DNA of 35,143 nucleotides. It comes from Seison nebaliae (lineage: Eukaryota). The DNA is taken from assembly GCA_023231475.1 (NCBI GenBank), contig JALJEE010000053.1, positions 1 through 35,143 of the forward strand. The letters run 5' to 3'. Both the position numbers and the translations under genes were made by a program. The notes under the pieces are model-generated. The model saw only the letters and a list, made by a program, of their open reading frames with translations. It was not told the origin of the DNA and did not search any database. The number at the start of each line of letters is the position of its first letter. Positions within the stretch are counted from its first letter, which is position 1. Positions 13,701-25,800 of the stretch are shown here, one piece after another.

Positions 13701-13960
13701 TGTTCGGCAATGAACAAAAAAAAGTAAGTTATTTCGTCAATTTTTAATGATATTACGTGATAGAGTTGTGATATAGCGAATGATGAAGGTGAGAGTATTG
13801 AAATATTAGTATTTGATTGGAATGATATGGATGAATCAGTGAACGAATGAATAAATGGAAAAACATTGCAATTTACGTATATTTACATCATAATATTTAG
13901 CTCCTAATTCGATATGATATAACACAATTATATGTCCTTTATTCACATGTTCGACAGTAA

Positions 13961-14016
13961 ATAGATAGATAGGTAGGTAGATGGATAGGTAGATAGATAG
14001 ATAGATAGATAGATAG
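13961..14016. repeat. (GATA)n/(GGTA)n tetranucleotide microsatellite
   Basis: atagatagataggtaggtagatggataggtagatagatagatagatagatagatag. Confidence 0.9.
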
Positions 14017-16913
14017 TCAACTTGCTATTGTATTCCATGTGTCATCCATGAAGTTCGGGCACTCTATTAGGAGCTTATCATGCATTTTTTCCGACTCACT
14101 CATTTTATTTCCGTCATCATCTTCCCCACATCGATCCATGTAAACAATGTTTATCTATCTCTTCCATCAATCCATTTATTCCATTTGATTTTTTCCATTC
14201 GACTTTCCCCCGACACAATTGGACGACAATTCAATCCGTTCCTACTGATCATCTTCTAACGATTAATCACTCCATTTTTATTCTTACTTCTTTTCATTCC
14301 TCATCATATCCATTTCGATCAGACGTCTCTCGCAAATCATCTCATCTCATTGAGAAGAAGAACCAATCATACATTGATATCACCAAGTATAATATGATTT
14401 CGAGGGATAGTTGTCGGACGATGGTGCAGGTATCAACAAATCTCCTCTTTCTTCACTTAATCGACAAACGTATATATATACATACTCCTTAGAACTTCTC
14501 CATAATAACATCTTAACACGAACGAGATTCACTCCAACATTCTCTTTCTGAACGACAGAAACCTTTTACTGTTATGTAACATGATATTTGGAGAGTACTT
14601 TATCGATTAACTTTTCCTCATTAATTTCAAAATGGTTAATCATAATGATTATTTTTATTAAACCTTCCTCGGTCGCATTGGAGCGGAGAACTATAATTCA
14701 CGAAACTTCCATAAACACATCTCATTTTAACCTTCTATCTCCGAGCACAAATATTGATAATCGAATGTCATACGTATAACCATTTTGAATATCTTTATGT
14801 TTGTTATGAGAGGAGAAAAAATGTTCCAATAGCAAAATCACTCGACGAGAAACCAATTTGATAAACTCGATTAATTCACTTCTCCAGAAATCATCATACA
14901 CAAATATTAAGTTTTTATCGGCACAAATGAAGAGTAGATGTCTGGCGAGGAAGTAGCACGAATACTTTTCTCTCAAATTCGAAAAGAAATGGATGCACAT
15001 AAACATTTATTAAAGATAATTATGTGTCTATTTCATGAGAATCATGAGGTCATTTGTGAAAGTAATTCGATGAGAAAACTTCCAATTAAAATCGACGAAT
15101 TTCTTTTCGTAATGAAAAGGAGAAAAATTCCAATTATGTAACAGTTCTCAAATGAAATTCTTAGACATCTATTTATTATTCTCATGAAATTCATTTCTTT
15201 CACCAATTTGTTTTCCAGTAAATGTTTATTACAGAAAAAATTGAATTTATTCTGTTGTTCCCCAAATAATTTCCCGTTTGATCATTGATGAACTAAAGTA
15301 TTAATAATTGTTAAGATTATTTGAGGTCGATAATGTTGAAAGTATAAAACAATTTGAAATTGTCTATTATATTTTATTAACGAAAAACTTTCGGTATTTC
15401 CATTTTTTTTATTAAATACACCGTCATCATAAACGGCCTCACTGGTTCTATGGAGTATCCCATTGATTAATCGATGAGTTGAATGAAATTCTAATTTGGT
15501 GTGTACAGGATGTCTATTCGGTTTGATGGTTTGTGAAAATGGTTTTCGGAGTGAATTGAATGCGGGGAAATAAGTTAATGGGGGAAAGATTTGGTTAATG
15601 GAAATGGCAATTGATTTGTGGAAGAATGGTGAAGTAGATTAATGGTATCCGTTCGACTGATTGATTAGTATGAGATTGAATGAAGTTTGCGATTTGATAG
15701 GAATTATGGGAGAAAAAAAGTTTGCGCGAGTAATTGGGGGAAGAGTTGTTGCATAAAAGATGAAGTGCTGATGTGAGTAGTAGAAATGTCTCGAAGAATT
15801 CGTTCTTACGTTAACTATTCGTCATCATCAATTATTCAAGAAGGAACAATTCAATAATGTTGTCATATTCGCTCATCAATTACAGAATTCATTAATAATT
15901 ATTCTGCAATAAAATATGGAAAATATGAAGATAAGTATCAGAGAATGCTCTATATCTGTTATATCTCCATTTTTTATGAATTGTTATTCTTTCCTATATA
16001 TGTCTCTTCATACGTACGATTAACCGATGATATCGATGGTGTGAGATATGTAAATCGTTGTTCGAGATATAAATGGTGGGGAATGCGTAATATGATAGAA
16101 TTGGAAGTAGAATGAATGGAAATTCATTGTCTCGATTTCACAATACTCGTCTATTCTTTAATACTAATCACATATATCAACAGACGGATCATATGTAATT
16201 TTTATTGTCAATTACATCATTTTAATTAGACATGTGATGAAGGTGCGTACTCGGTGCATACTCGGTGCATAGATGTGATGTCGAGTAGACGTATAATGAT
16301 TGGAGAAAGGAAGATGGGAAATATTAAATGGAGAAAAGGACAATGAATAAAATGGAAATCAAATATCTTAATTTGATTTATAGAGATTATTGAAAAGTTA
16401 TGATGATTCAACTTAAGATACATTCTTATGTTTATCTCCAGAATTAAGTCGATAATTATTGGTAGTATGATTGATCAGATTGAACAATGTGAGCATGATG
16501 ATTGAACAATCGTCATTTACGAGAGATTTCCAAACGGGACTCATTACAATTCCGCGCCATGTATCATCAAAAAACAGACTGAATGGAATGTGGAATAGAA
16601 TAATCGAACGAGTGTTTTCCATGTAATTGTAAGTTCATTGAATGTCAGAATAGTGCTTCCTTCATATTTTCTCGATTTAATATGATATAACAGGAGAAAG
16701 ATTCCCGTCAACTATTCTTAACATTTTCCATTTCCTCAATAATTCTCCAGAAATAAATAAAGAATTGGCTACTAGTAAGATTAATAGATGAAGAGTCCCA
16801 TCCAAAACTTACTAGCTAACTCCTTTAAGTAATTTGCCATTAATTTCTCTCGTTAACTCATTTTCGTTCGCAGTATATAAACTTCGGTTTTCTCATAAAA
16901 ACAAATGAGTCTA

Positions 16914-17670
16914 GGACATTTGCCAGACGAATCGCTTATTAGATAAATGGACATTTGGATGACGGGACTTTTTGGTTAATGGACATTTGTTAGGTCAACC
17001 GCTTGGCATGTACTGCGCATACACAATACAGTTATGTTATATATTTTTGATATTTTCTTTTTTTGACATTAGAATTAAACCTTATTATTATTCATCAAAG
17101 GATTATTATCATTAGAAGTAAAATTTTAATTAAAATTTAAATCGTTTAGATTTTAAAAGATATATTTATTTTATGATTGGTACTTTAAAAAACTAATCAA
17201 ATGGTCGCTTTAAGGTATATATTAGGTATACAAATACCTAATACCTAATACCTAATTTTAAACTATTCTAATTCTCATGGAGAAAGTTCTACCGTAGATT
17301 AGATTTAGATCGAAGATTTCTAGTTTTTGGATCAAAAACTAATTTATCGGCACTGGATCCATTAAAAATATTTAAACTATATTTTAAAATACGGTAAATA
17401 ATTTTAAATACGTAAAAAATACGATAGTTATATTTTATTGAATCAAAAAATTAAAATTAAATTGAAATTAAGATTTTATTTTAATTGATACTAATCCTTT
17501 GAGCAATAATAATGCGGTTTAATTTTTAGGTCAAAAAAACAAATTATGAAAAATATAGAACATAACTGTACCATCTATATGCAATAGATCTACCAACTGT
17601 CCGTCAACCAAACAGCCGTTTTACCAAATAGTCTCGTCCTCCAAATGGTTCGTTTACCTAATGTCGTTTC
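16914..17670. mobile_element. Old non-autonomous foldback/MITE-like element with long degenerate inverted arms and GGACATTTG-like sub-repeats
   Basis: About 16947-17165 is the reverse complement of about 17430-17663 (tacagttatgtt / aacataactgta; tcaaaggattattatc / gatactaatcctttga). Outer ends carry ~16-bp sub-repeats. Confidence 0.75.
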
Positions 17671-18200
17671 TTCAAAAGAAATAATTTATTTGTAATTTAA
17701 TAGCAATCAATTTAATAATCGTCTTCTTAAGATAATTAATTATTATGAAGAATCACTTTTATTATAAAGTTGTCCAATTTCATCCCAAATAGTACTCCCC
17801 AATAACTGATGGCGATCGGTAAGCATATTGATAAATATCTCAGTTTTTAATTAACTCTTCTCTAAATTATAAGGAAAGAATCAACATTATTGTAAATAAG
17901 ACATTCTTCTTTCAAAGTTAAATAGAAAATATACAATAAGTTTACAAATGTACAATAAATTTTTAGAATGCTTGTAGAACTTTCTGGTAGAAAGATTAAA
18001 ATGAACAAGGATATTGGGCAATATTACTGGAATTATATTTCCGTAACAAGAAAAAAATGTTAGCTATATGTGAAGTTCCACATGTCTCACTCGTTCATCG
18101 GAGAAAGAAGAAGAGGAAGAAGGAAATTTAACTTAAAGACTTTGAGCATTTACTGATGAACTTCTATTTTCCCAAAAGTTTCTAACAGATCAGTTCGATT

Positions 18201-19759
18201 GGGGGACAGATCGTAACCCTATATCAAAATTTTGCAGCGGACAGTTCTCAGCCTAGTTTTTTATACTTCCGGACAGTTCTCAACCTTCTATTAATTTTTC
18301 GAACAGTTCTCAACCTTTTATTAAGTTTTCGGACAGTTCTCAACTTTTTTTCTCAATTTCGGACAGTTATCAACCTGTTTTTTCTATTTTCGGACAGTTC
18401 TCAACCTTTTGAAAAAAAAGGACAGTTCTCAACCTCCAAACATAATGAAAATTAAACTGAAAAAATAATAACCGTACATAAAAATCCTCCAGAGGACCGT
18501 TATTAACTCATAATCAGGACAGTTCTATACTTAGTTTGGTTTTACATGTCATGTCAGCCACATTATATAATTTATTGGTTTATCTGAAACAATAATTCCC
18601 AGTTAAAGATTAAGAAAGAAATTTAAGCCATCCAATTAATACGTAAATAGAATTCTATTTGGCACAACTAATCGTATTATAAATATTATACAATATATTG
18701 ACATTGCATTGACATATATTGCAATAAATTTGATTATTGCTGCTAATATTGTTATTTTTTAAATCTTCAACATTAAACTACCAAAAAAAATGTTCAATTT
18801 TGAAGATGACGAAGAATGGAGGAGATATCTACCACCAAATGAATTCCTGCCTCGGGAAATATTATCAACAGTACTTCCAACATCTGCACCATCTTCAACT
18901 ACTTCATTTCAACCATTTTCAACCACATTGACAGTCATCATCAGAACCAGGATGAATTCCTCGGACCTAAACAGATCCTAACGGAATCCCAAACAACTCA
19001 ACAAAACAATCTAATAGAGGGGAAAAATTACGGTCCATCAAAATTTAGGCAGATTTTTCCATTGAACCGTCCATCATTGATAATTTTCGAAAATTCGTTG
19101 GTAAAATGTTTCAAATGTGAAAAATTGCAAATGAATCTTTTTCGGAAAGGCGAAAGAAAAAGAGTATCCGAAAGGTGGAAGATGAGAAACTGAAAAGATT
19201 AGTAATTAATTCGACCTAAGAAATGTATGTTCTTTTTTTATTGAAATCGATAACATATTTTGTGAAAGTCTCGAGCAATAAATAACAATCTTCTTAATTT
19301 TTCATTTGAACAATTTAAAATGCTAAAAAGAGTTATTATATAAATTCCTATAATTATGACTTAATAGTTTTCCTCTTGCGAATTTACAGTTTCAGTGTGT
19401 TTTGAAGTTGAGAACTGTCCCTTTTCCTCAAAAGTTTGAGAACTAATTATGAGTTAATAACGGTCCTCTGGAGGATGTTTATGTACGGTTATTATTTTTC
19501 CAGTTAATATTTCATTATGTTTGGAGGTTGAGAACTGTCCGTTTTTTCTCAAAAGGTTGAGAACTGTCCGAAAATAGAAAAAGCAAGTTGAGAACTGTCC
19601 GAAATTGAGAAAAAAAAGTTAAGAACTGTCCGAAAACTTAATAGAAGGTTGAGAACTGTCTGGAAGTATAAAAAACTTGGTTGAGAAATGTCCGATTTTT
19701 GGGTTGAGAACTGTCCGCTGCAAAATTTTTATATAGGATTACGATATGTCCGGTTACCC
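18201..19759 (+). mobile_element. Internally deleted DNA transposon with ~320-350 bp sub-repeated TIRs, Mutator/Phantom-like, carrying transposase-like remnants
   Basis: 18204-18522 is an inverted copy of about 19407-19751, built of GGACAGTTCTCAACC units at ~30-bp period plus a shared unique block (aaatcctccagaggaccgttattaactcataat). Internal fragments NNLIEGKN...KFRQIFPLNRPSLIIF and RKVEDEKLKRLV resemble the MULE transposase C-terminus. Confidence 0.85.
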
Positions 19760-19954
19760 TTTCACTCTATAGAGTAATCTTTCTCTAGAAAAACCTATGA
19801 ACTGTATAAAGTGACTTAAATATTATGTCTTAAACTTAAAAAAGCATTGAAAAACTAAGAAGAAAACTAACATTGTAAGTTTAGATCTGTTGAGAGTTAT
19901 CATCGATTTGGTTTTCTTTCTTCTCAAATAAATGAGAACTTTAAAATTCATTAA

Positions 19955-20165
19955 CAACTGTCCTATGTAGGATTTTTATGACCGTTAATATTTTTCCAGT
20001 TCAATTTTGGTATGTTTTGAGGTTGAGAACTATCCGAAATGAGAAAAAACAGGTTGAAAACTGTCCAAAATTGAGAAAAGAAAAGGTTGAGAACTGTCAT
20101 ATTTTTGGGTTGAGTACTGTCCTCTACAAAATTTTTATACAGGGTTTCAATCTGTCGGGTTACCA
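19955..20165. mobile_element. Solo, more diverged right TIR of the same transposon family
   Basis: GGTTGAGAACTGTCC-like units ending caaaatttttatacagggtttcaatctgtcgggttacc, similar to 19721-19758. Confidence 0.8.
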
Positions 20166-20648
20166 ACTAATCGAATAACCGATAATCGTTATATTACTTG
20201 TTAGCACAAGATAATACTATATTATGTGCATAAAGAACTGGAAATGAATTATTGTTGATTGAGAATGAAAAATTATTTAAGAAAATTAGTAGTTAAGAAA
20301 ATAAGAAAATTTAATATCTCTTTTTATGTTAATTTATATTTAAAATTGGAGAGAATGCAATTCAAGAATTCATAAGACCAATTCGTAATATGTTTCTACA
20401 GATTCGTCAAAAAACTTATGCCGAAATTATGTTGAATTATAGAAAGTTAATAGAAAAGACAATTAAAAATTTTCCCTATTTTACAATTAATAAAAATTGG
20501 GTGAATTTGTGATTTCGCAAATCTGTTAATTTCAAATAACAAATTATAAGAAGACTATAAATAAGTGAAGAAATGTTTCGAAAGTTTAATTCGATTCTTT
20601 CAATTGTAAACGAAATATAGTTTAATCCCAATCATTCGGGAAACATTT

Positions 20649-20957
20649 ATGGATCAGTCAAGTTCTTTCCGTACCTCTTCCACAACCAATTCAGTAGACT
20701 GGAAACGAACAAGTCCTCTGTCGAAACGAGAACTGAAATGGGAGAAAATACAGAGAAAACACGAAATGAACAATCGGCCATATATGTACAACAACCGAAA
20801 ACCAGTAACTTCCACAGCTCGAATGCTTAGCAAAGAATGGGGAAATTATAATTATTTCCAACGGAAGCAATCTCAAATCTATGAAGAATTTTTAGGAAAA
20901 TTTACGAATTTCGTGGACCGAATTCGTCCGGTACGTTCGAAATATAAAAAATTATAA
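20649..20957 (+). CDS. Small basic orphan protein, 102 aa
   Basis: ATG-to-TAA ORF with coding-like composition between AT-rich flanks, with aataaa downstream near 21052. No family recognised. Confidence 0.5.
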   Translation: MDQSSSFRTSSTTNSVDWKRTSPLSKRELKWEKIQRKHEMNNRPYMYNNRKPVTSTARMLSKEWGNYNYFQRKQSQIYEEFLGKFTNFVDRIRPVRSKYKKL

Positions 20958-21087
20958 ATTTCTCTAATTTTATTTCAGTTTATTCGAAAGATTTTTCCTT
21001 TTAAAGTTTAAAACAATTTTACAGTTTTAATTCAGATTGAAATTTTGGTTCAATAAAAATATTGTGCGCAATGGAAAGAATTATTTG

Positions 21088-22188
21088 TTATGTTGATTGA
21101 ATGTGATGAGATATATGAGATTGTTCTGCGATAGGTGAAATGTTTTTCGAAAGTAGAACAGTTTCTCGAAATTGAGTAGATGCCAAAAGATAATAAAAGA
21201 ATCGAATTGAATGAAGAATAATAAAGAATGGTCGTAAGATGGATAGAATGATGATATCGTTCGCTTTCGATTGATTGATGGAGAAAGCGAATAAATAAAT
21301 ATCGACAGGTAAAGCGAATAGAAGGAAGTTAAAACTCATTACAAGAAGAATAATGGAAATTTTTCGAATAAATTTCGATTTTTTTTCACATTGAATATTA
21401 TTGATAGAATTTGAGTTGTTGTCTTGTGTAACTTTATTGAGTGAGGATAGATAGACAGTAATAATGATTGATGTAACAACCATGAAGGAACTAGGTCCGA
21501 GAGAATAAAGAATTGTATGAAGAAGAGAATGGACATTAAAAAAATATTTTCTCCATCCATCATTAGTGAATTGACAAAGTTGTGGATTTGAAGAAAATTG
21601 ATAAACGAAATGTAAAGGAATAACGCTGATTAAAGAGATGATGGCTAAAGTGATACAAATCACATGAGTATAGAATGAGCCTTTGAATCTTCCATGATTG
21701 AATGAGCGAAGAATATTGAGAGCACAACTGGATGATTTGTGGAATAATCTTTTAGCACAATTCGTTTCATTCTCCAGTGATTGTCGACAATTATGAAGTA
21801 ATTTACTTTGATGTGCACTAGTAATGACTAGACATTGATGAAGACAACTTGTACATAAGATGAAGGAACTCCATTGTAGGGCGAAATAGCGAAATGTTCG
21901 TTTAGTTTGACATAGAAATTCATTTCCGCTACTAATGTCAACGTCGAGAATTGATGCTAACGTAAAATTGATACCACAACCAAAAAGAACGAGTAAATCG
22001 GCGAGACTTAGCCAAGCGAAATAAATAAATGTTGGAGATCGAAATCGTTTCTTGTAAATGTTGAGAAGGAATATAACGATAGAAATGGCATTTAACGGTA
22101 TGCCAATTAGAACTATAATTCCGATGATATAATTATAAGATATTCTTTCGATTTGACGTGCAAATTGGATATGGGAAACCATCGTCAT
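21088..22188 (-). CDS. Rhodopsin-family (class A) GPCR, FMRFamide-receptor-like/invertebrate peptide or chemoreceptor type, intronless, 366 aa
   Basis: Seven hydrophobic segments. TM1 GIPLN, TM2 FAWLSLADLLVL, Cys at top of TM3 (FLCQ), TM6 FLLFALP, TM7/H8 RFFYYLLASTQFR. Confidence 0.9.
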   Translation of the reverse strand: MTMVSHIQFARQIERISYNYIIGIIVLIGIPLNAISIVIFLLNIYKKRFRSPTFIYFAWLSLADLLVLFGCGINFTLASILDVDISSGNEFLCQTKRTFRYFALQWSSFILCTSCLHQCLVITSAHQSKLLHNCRQSLENETNCAKRLFHKSSSCALNILRSFNHGRFKGSFYTHVICITLAIISLISVIPLHFVYQFSSNPQLCQFTNDGWRKYFFNVHSLLHTILYSLGPSSFMVVTSIIITVYLSSLNKVTQDNNSNSINNIQCEKKSKFIRKISIILLVMSFNFLLFALPVDIYLFAFSINQSKANDIIILSILRPFFIILHSIRFFYYLLASTQFRETVLLSKNISPIAEQSHISHHIQST

Positions 22189-22817
22189 GGCTAGGAATGT
22201 GAAGAAATAATATTTTTAATTTTTCATAAACAATACGGGATGAATTAGATAAATCAAATTAGCAAGTCAATGTGAAGGAAATTAGAGTGTTTTTGTCAGA
22301 AAATTTACATCTGGAAATTTCTGTAGGATTTGTAAGAAATTCGAATTATGTGGAATGAAGAAGGATTTCTTCTCTCCTTACATCCATTCGATTTGTCAAG
22401 AGATTCATGATCAATTCATTTCATTCGAATGAACGAAAGATTAATAATTAATTGAAGTGGAAGAATGGGATGATGAATTTGAATAATTCGATGAAGGAAT
22501 TCGTTTTCTAAATGAAATTTTTATTTGAATTGAAATTGATGAATAAACTGAAGAGGAGAAAGAAAGTTGTATGAACGTAATGAAATTAATTAAAACTTTC
22601 AATCATAGTCGTAAAATTAGTATTTGCATAAGAAGAGGAAGAATAAATAAGAAAATATAATGAAATAGGAAAGGAATGTTGCATGATTAATAAAAAAGAT
22701 TGAGATGGGATGATTCACAAATGATCTTTGCACAAGATTAAAGAAATGAAATTGTGAAGGGACAAACAGATAGATCATTACCAGGGAATTTATATTTTAT
22801 TAGGAATATATCGGAAA

Positions 22818-25800
22818 TTAAATAATCTTCCCATTCTTTATCGGAGTAAAAAGTTTCGTTCGTAAATTGTTTTTCACTTCGTTGAACGTACGAGATAAAG
22901 GAGTCGTATTTGGACCAATTCGATTATTTGAATTTCTTACCGAATTATTCATTCCTAATAATTCTCGCGTATCATCCTCCTCATTAATCAGATGTTGTTT
23001 GTCCTCTTCGAAATCGTTGGATGATGATAATAATTGAATTTCTTCATTTCGATTCAACGAGAAACTACGACCGATTTTCGATAATCGATTATTCGACGTA
23101 TCAACTTGATCCATAAATTTTCCTTTTGCATTCGAATGACGTTTTCGTTTCTTCTCCTTCTTATTCAGGAATGAATGATGAATATCACCAGGATCTGTTT
23201 CCATATCGGTGGCAGGATCAAATAAATTATTTCGATTTCCTTCACAATTATTATTTGAATTATTCACATTATAACTATTTCGATTTTTAATAATGCGAAG
23301 AAGAAGACCTTCATTATTATCGTTGTCATGATAATGACCGTTCTTTCTTTTCATTTTATCGAACTGATATCTCTCCTTCTTCATATTGGAACGAATAAGT
23401 AATCGACGAAGACATCGTTGTAAACGACGAAGACAACAACGTGAGACGAAAATGAAGAATAAAAGAAATGAGAATAAAATGAAGAAAAAAGATGATAATG
23501 CCACATAAAAAATACTCCAATCACAATTCTCTTCATATAAAATATTTCTTCTCAACCATGATGACATCCAATAAGTGCCACAAATACAAACATGTGTCAA
23601 CGGTTCACAATAACCGTGATTGGAGCATTGATTCGAACAAGTTGATGATCGGATATCGAATAATAATAAAGACTTCCTCGTTTTATCATTAGTTCGATTC
23701 ATAAAGAAATTCATTTCATTATAATCCATTGTACGGAAAGTATCGATCAAACGTTGTTCCACTATATCACTTTTCATTTGACGCCATTTTCTTCTGACTG
23801 ATTTCGAACTTTTCAAACGTTCCCACACAATTAATCGAACTTGAATGAGACAACCGTGTAATGAACAAACTCCACGACGTTGAGTCAACGAATTCAATTT
23901 GAGACTATGTTGATCATCTTCTGGTGAGAGATCATGAAGATCTCCTTTGATTCGACGATCCACTACCATCGTCTCATTCAACAAAATATCAATCTCATCA
24001 TGATGATCAATTTTTCGTTGTGTTTCATTCAACTTCCCATAATGATAATGAAGAGCGACTGATCCACTCATTTGTAACGAATTGTCATTATATGGAATGG
24101 GCGAATTATAAGAGTACCAAGGCCAAGCCCAATTTTGAGATTTAAATAAACCTAATTGACTTGGAGCTAATACTCGCTTCCGTCCTAACATGTCCAATTT
24201 GAGTAGTTGACGATAAATAATATCTTTAATTTGAAATCGATAATATTTCTTCTCATTATCCGATTTGGTTTGATCGAGTAATTTTTTTAATCGTCGAACT
24301 AATGCCAATAATTCTCCATATGTCATCAGATCTCTTTCTTCCGATTTACTCCATAGAAGTAATTCTAATTCATTCTTCATTTCAACCATCTTATCAATTT
24401 CAACTAAACATTCATCACTCGCTGATAAATCGTCGGAATCGGTTACCGTTAAACGGAAACGATATGATCCTGATGGAATCATTTTCAGATTAACATAAGC
24501 GAGTGAATCATTCTGATTTTGGATTATTGGGAAAACTGAAGAATCATGAACATTCTCCCAATAATACTCTTTCGATGTCAACGATTCGTCAGATGTTAAT
24601 TCACCGTCCAAAAATAGGACGGTATCGTCCGTATTATTAATTTTTGTTAATTTCTCCAATTTCATTTTCGTTTGTTTCGATTCTTTCAATAATCGAAGAG
24701 ATGTATAACATCGAACTTCTACTTCTGGTGCGTAATTTTTCGCTTTGATAAGACTGAGATGTAATTTCGATGAGAGAATAATCGGTGATGATAATTCTGA
24801 TGATGAATCGATTTTATTCGAATCTTCATCAATTGACAAACTGTCAATATAACTTTTATGATCAACATTACTCAACGAATCGATAGAAAAGATAATTTCA
24901 AATTCATATTCCCCAACATACAACGAAGAGATGTTTGTGATAAATGAAGTCGGTCGATCGATAACGGCGATCGATCCATATAATTGTTTCCATTCAACTG
25001 ACGATGTAATTTCAATGAGTGACGGAGCTGATAATTTCTCCGCATCAACTGACACACTCAAACCATTGAAATTTCTATAGACGGGAATTGTTGTATTAGT
25101 TTGAATGGAAATATCATTTGAATTTTCCACTTCAATTGTTTGATAGAAAATTTGTGTTTTGTTCATCATCGAATGATCAAGTGAATGCCAAATGACTGTA
25201 AGATTACTATTGGGATAAATGACAGGTCTCGTCTTCTTCCACCAATGAGGATTCTCTCGAGGTGAAACGATACGTAATTCATATGTCTGTGTATCGATTT
25301 GATCGGCACCATCAGTGACGGTTAAATTAACGGAGAATTTTCCTGGTTGTAAATTCTTCAATTTCAAAATTGAAGTATGACTTCCTTCGATATCGATACT
25401 ATGTGAATCATCTTTCGAATTCAGTTTCCAATCATATCTCACAATGGCTTTATCGTCAGTCGAGGAATTTCCATAAAGGAAAACCGTTTCTTTCGGTAAT
25501 TGAACGATCATTGGACCTGTTATAACAGCGACCGGTTTCAAATCTTTCTCTTTGAAAACTTCGAATTGGACGCGACTTGAATTAGTGTAACCGATTTTAT
25601 TAGTAACGGATAATTCGAAGATATATGATCCTTGAATCATTTGATCGATTTCGATGAATTTTGAAGAGAAATCTTTCGATTTGATTTGTTTCACCATATT
25701 CTCATGATCTTTCAAATTGGGCACATCAGTCAATTTGAGAAATTTCCATTTATATGCCGTAATTCCAAAATCACATTTACTTCCTGACGCATCTAAAACG

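Noticed and set aside
14588..15141. Cluster of 63-94 aa ORFs on both strands
   Set aside because: No recognisable motifs and no consistent splice model
17221..17256. TTAGG-containing 7-mer run as interstitial telomere
   Set aside because: Only about three units, inside a foldback element; insufficient support
18239..18435. CRISPR-like array of a 15-bp repeat with variable ~15-bp spacers
   Set aside because: Eukaryotic context, no cas genes, spacers too short and mutually similar, and the array is mirrored as an inverted copy, so it is a transposon TIR
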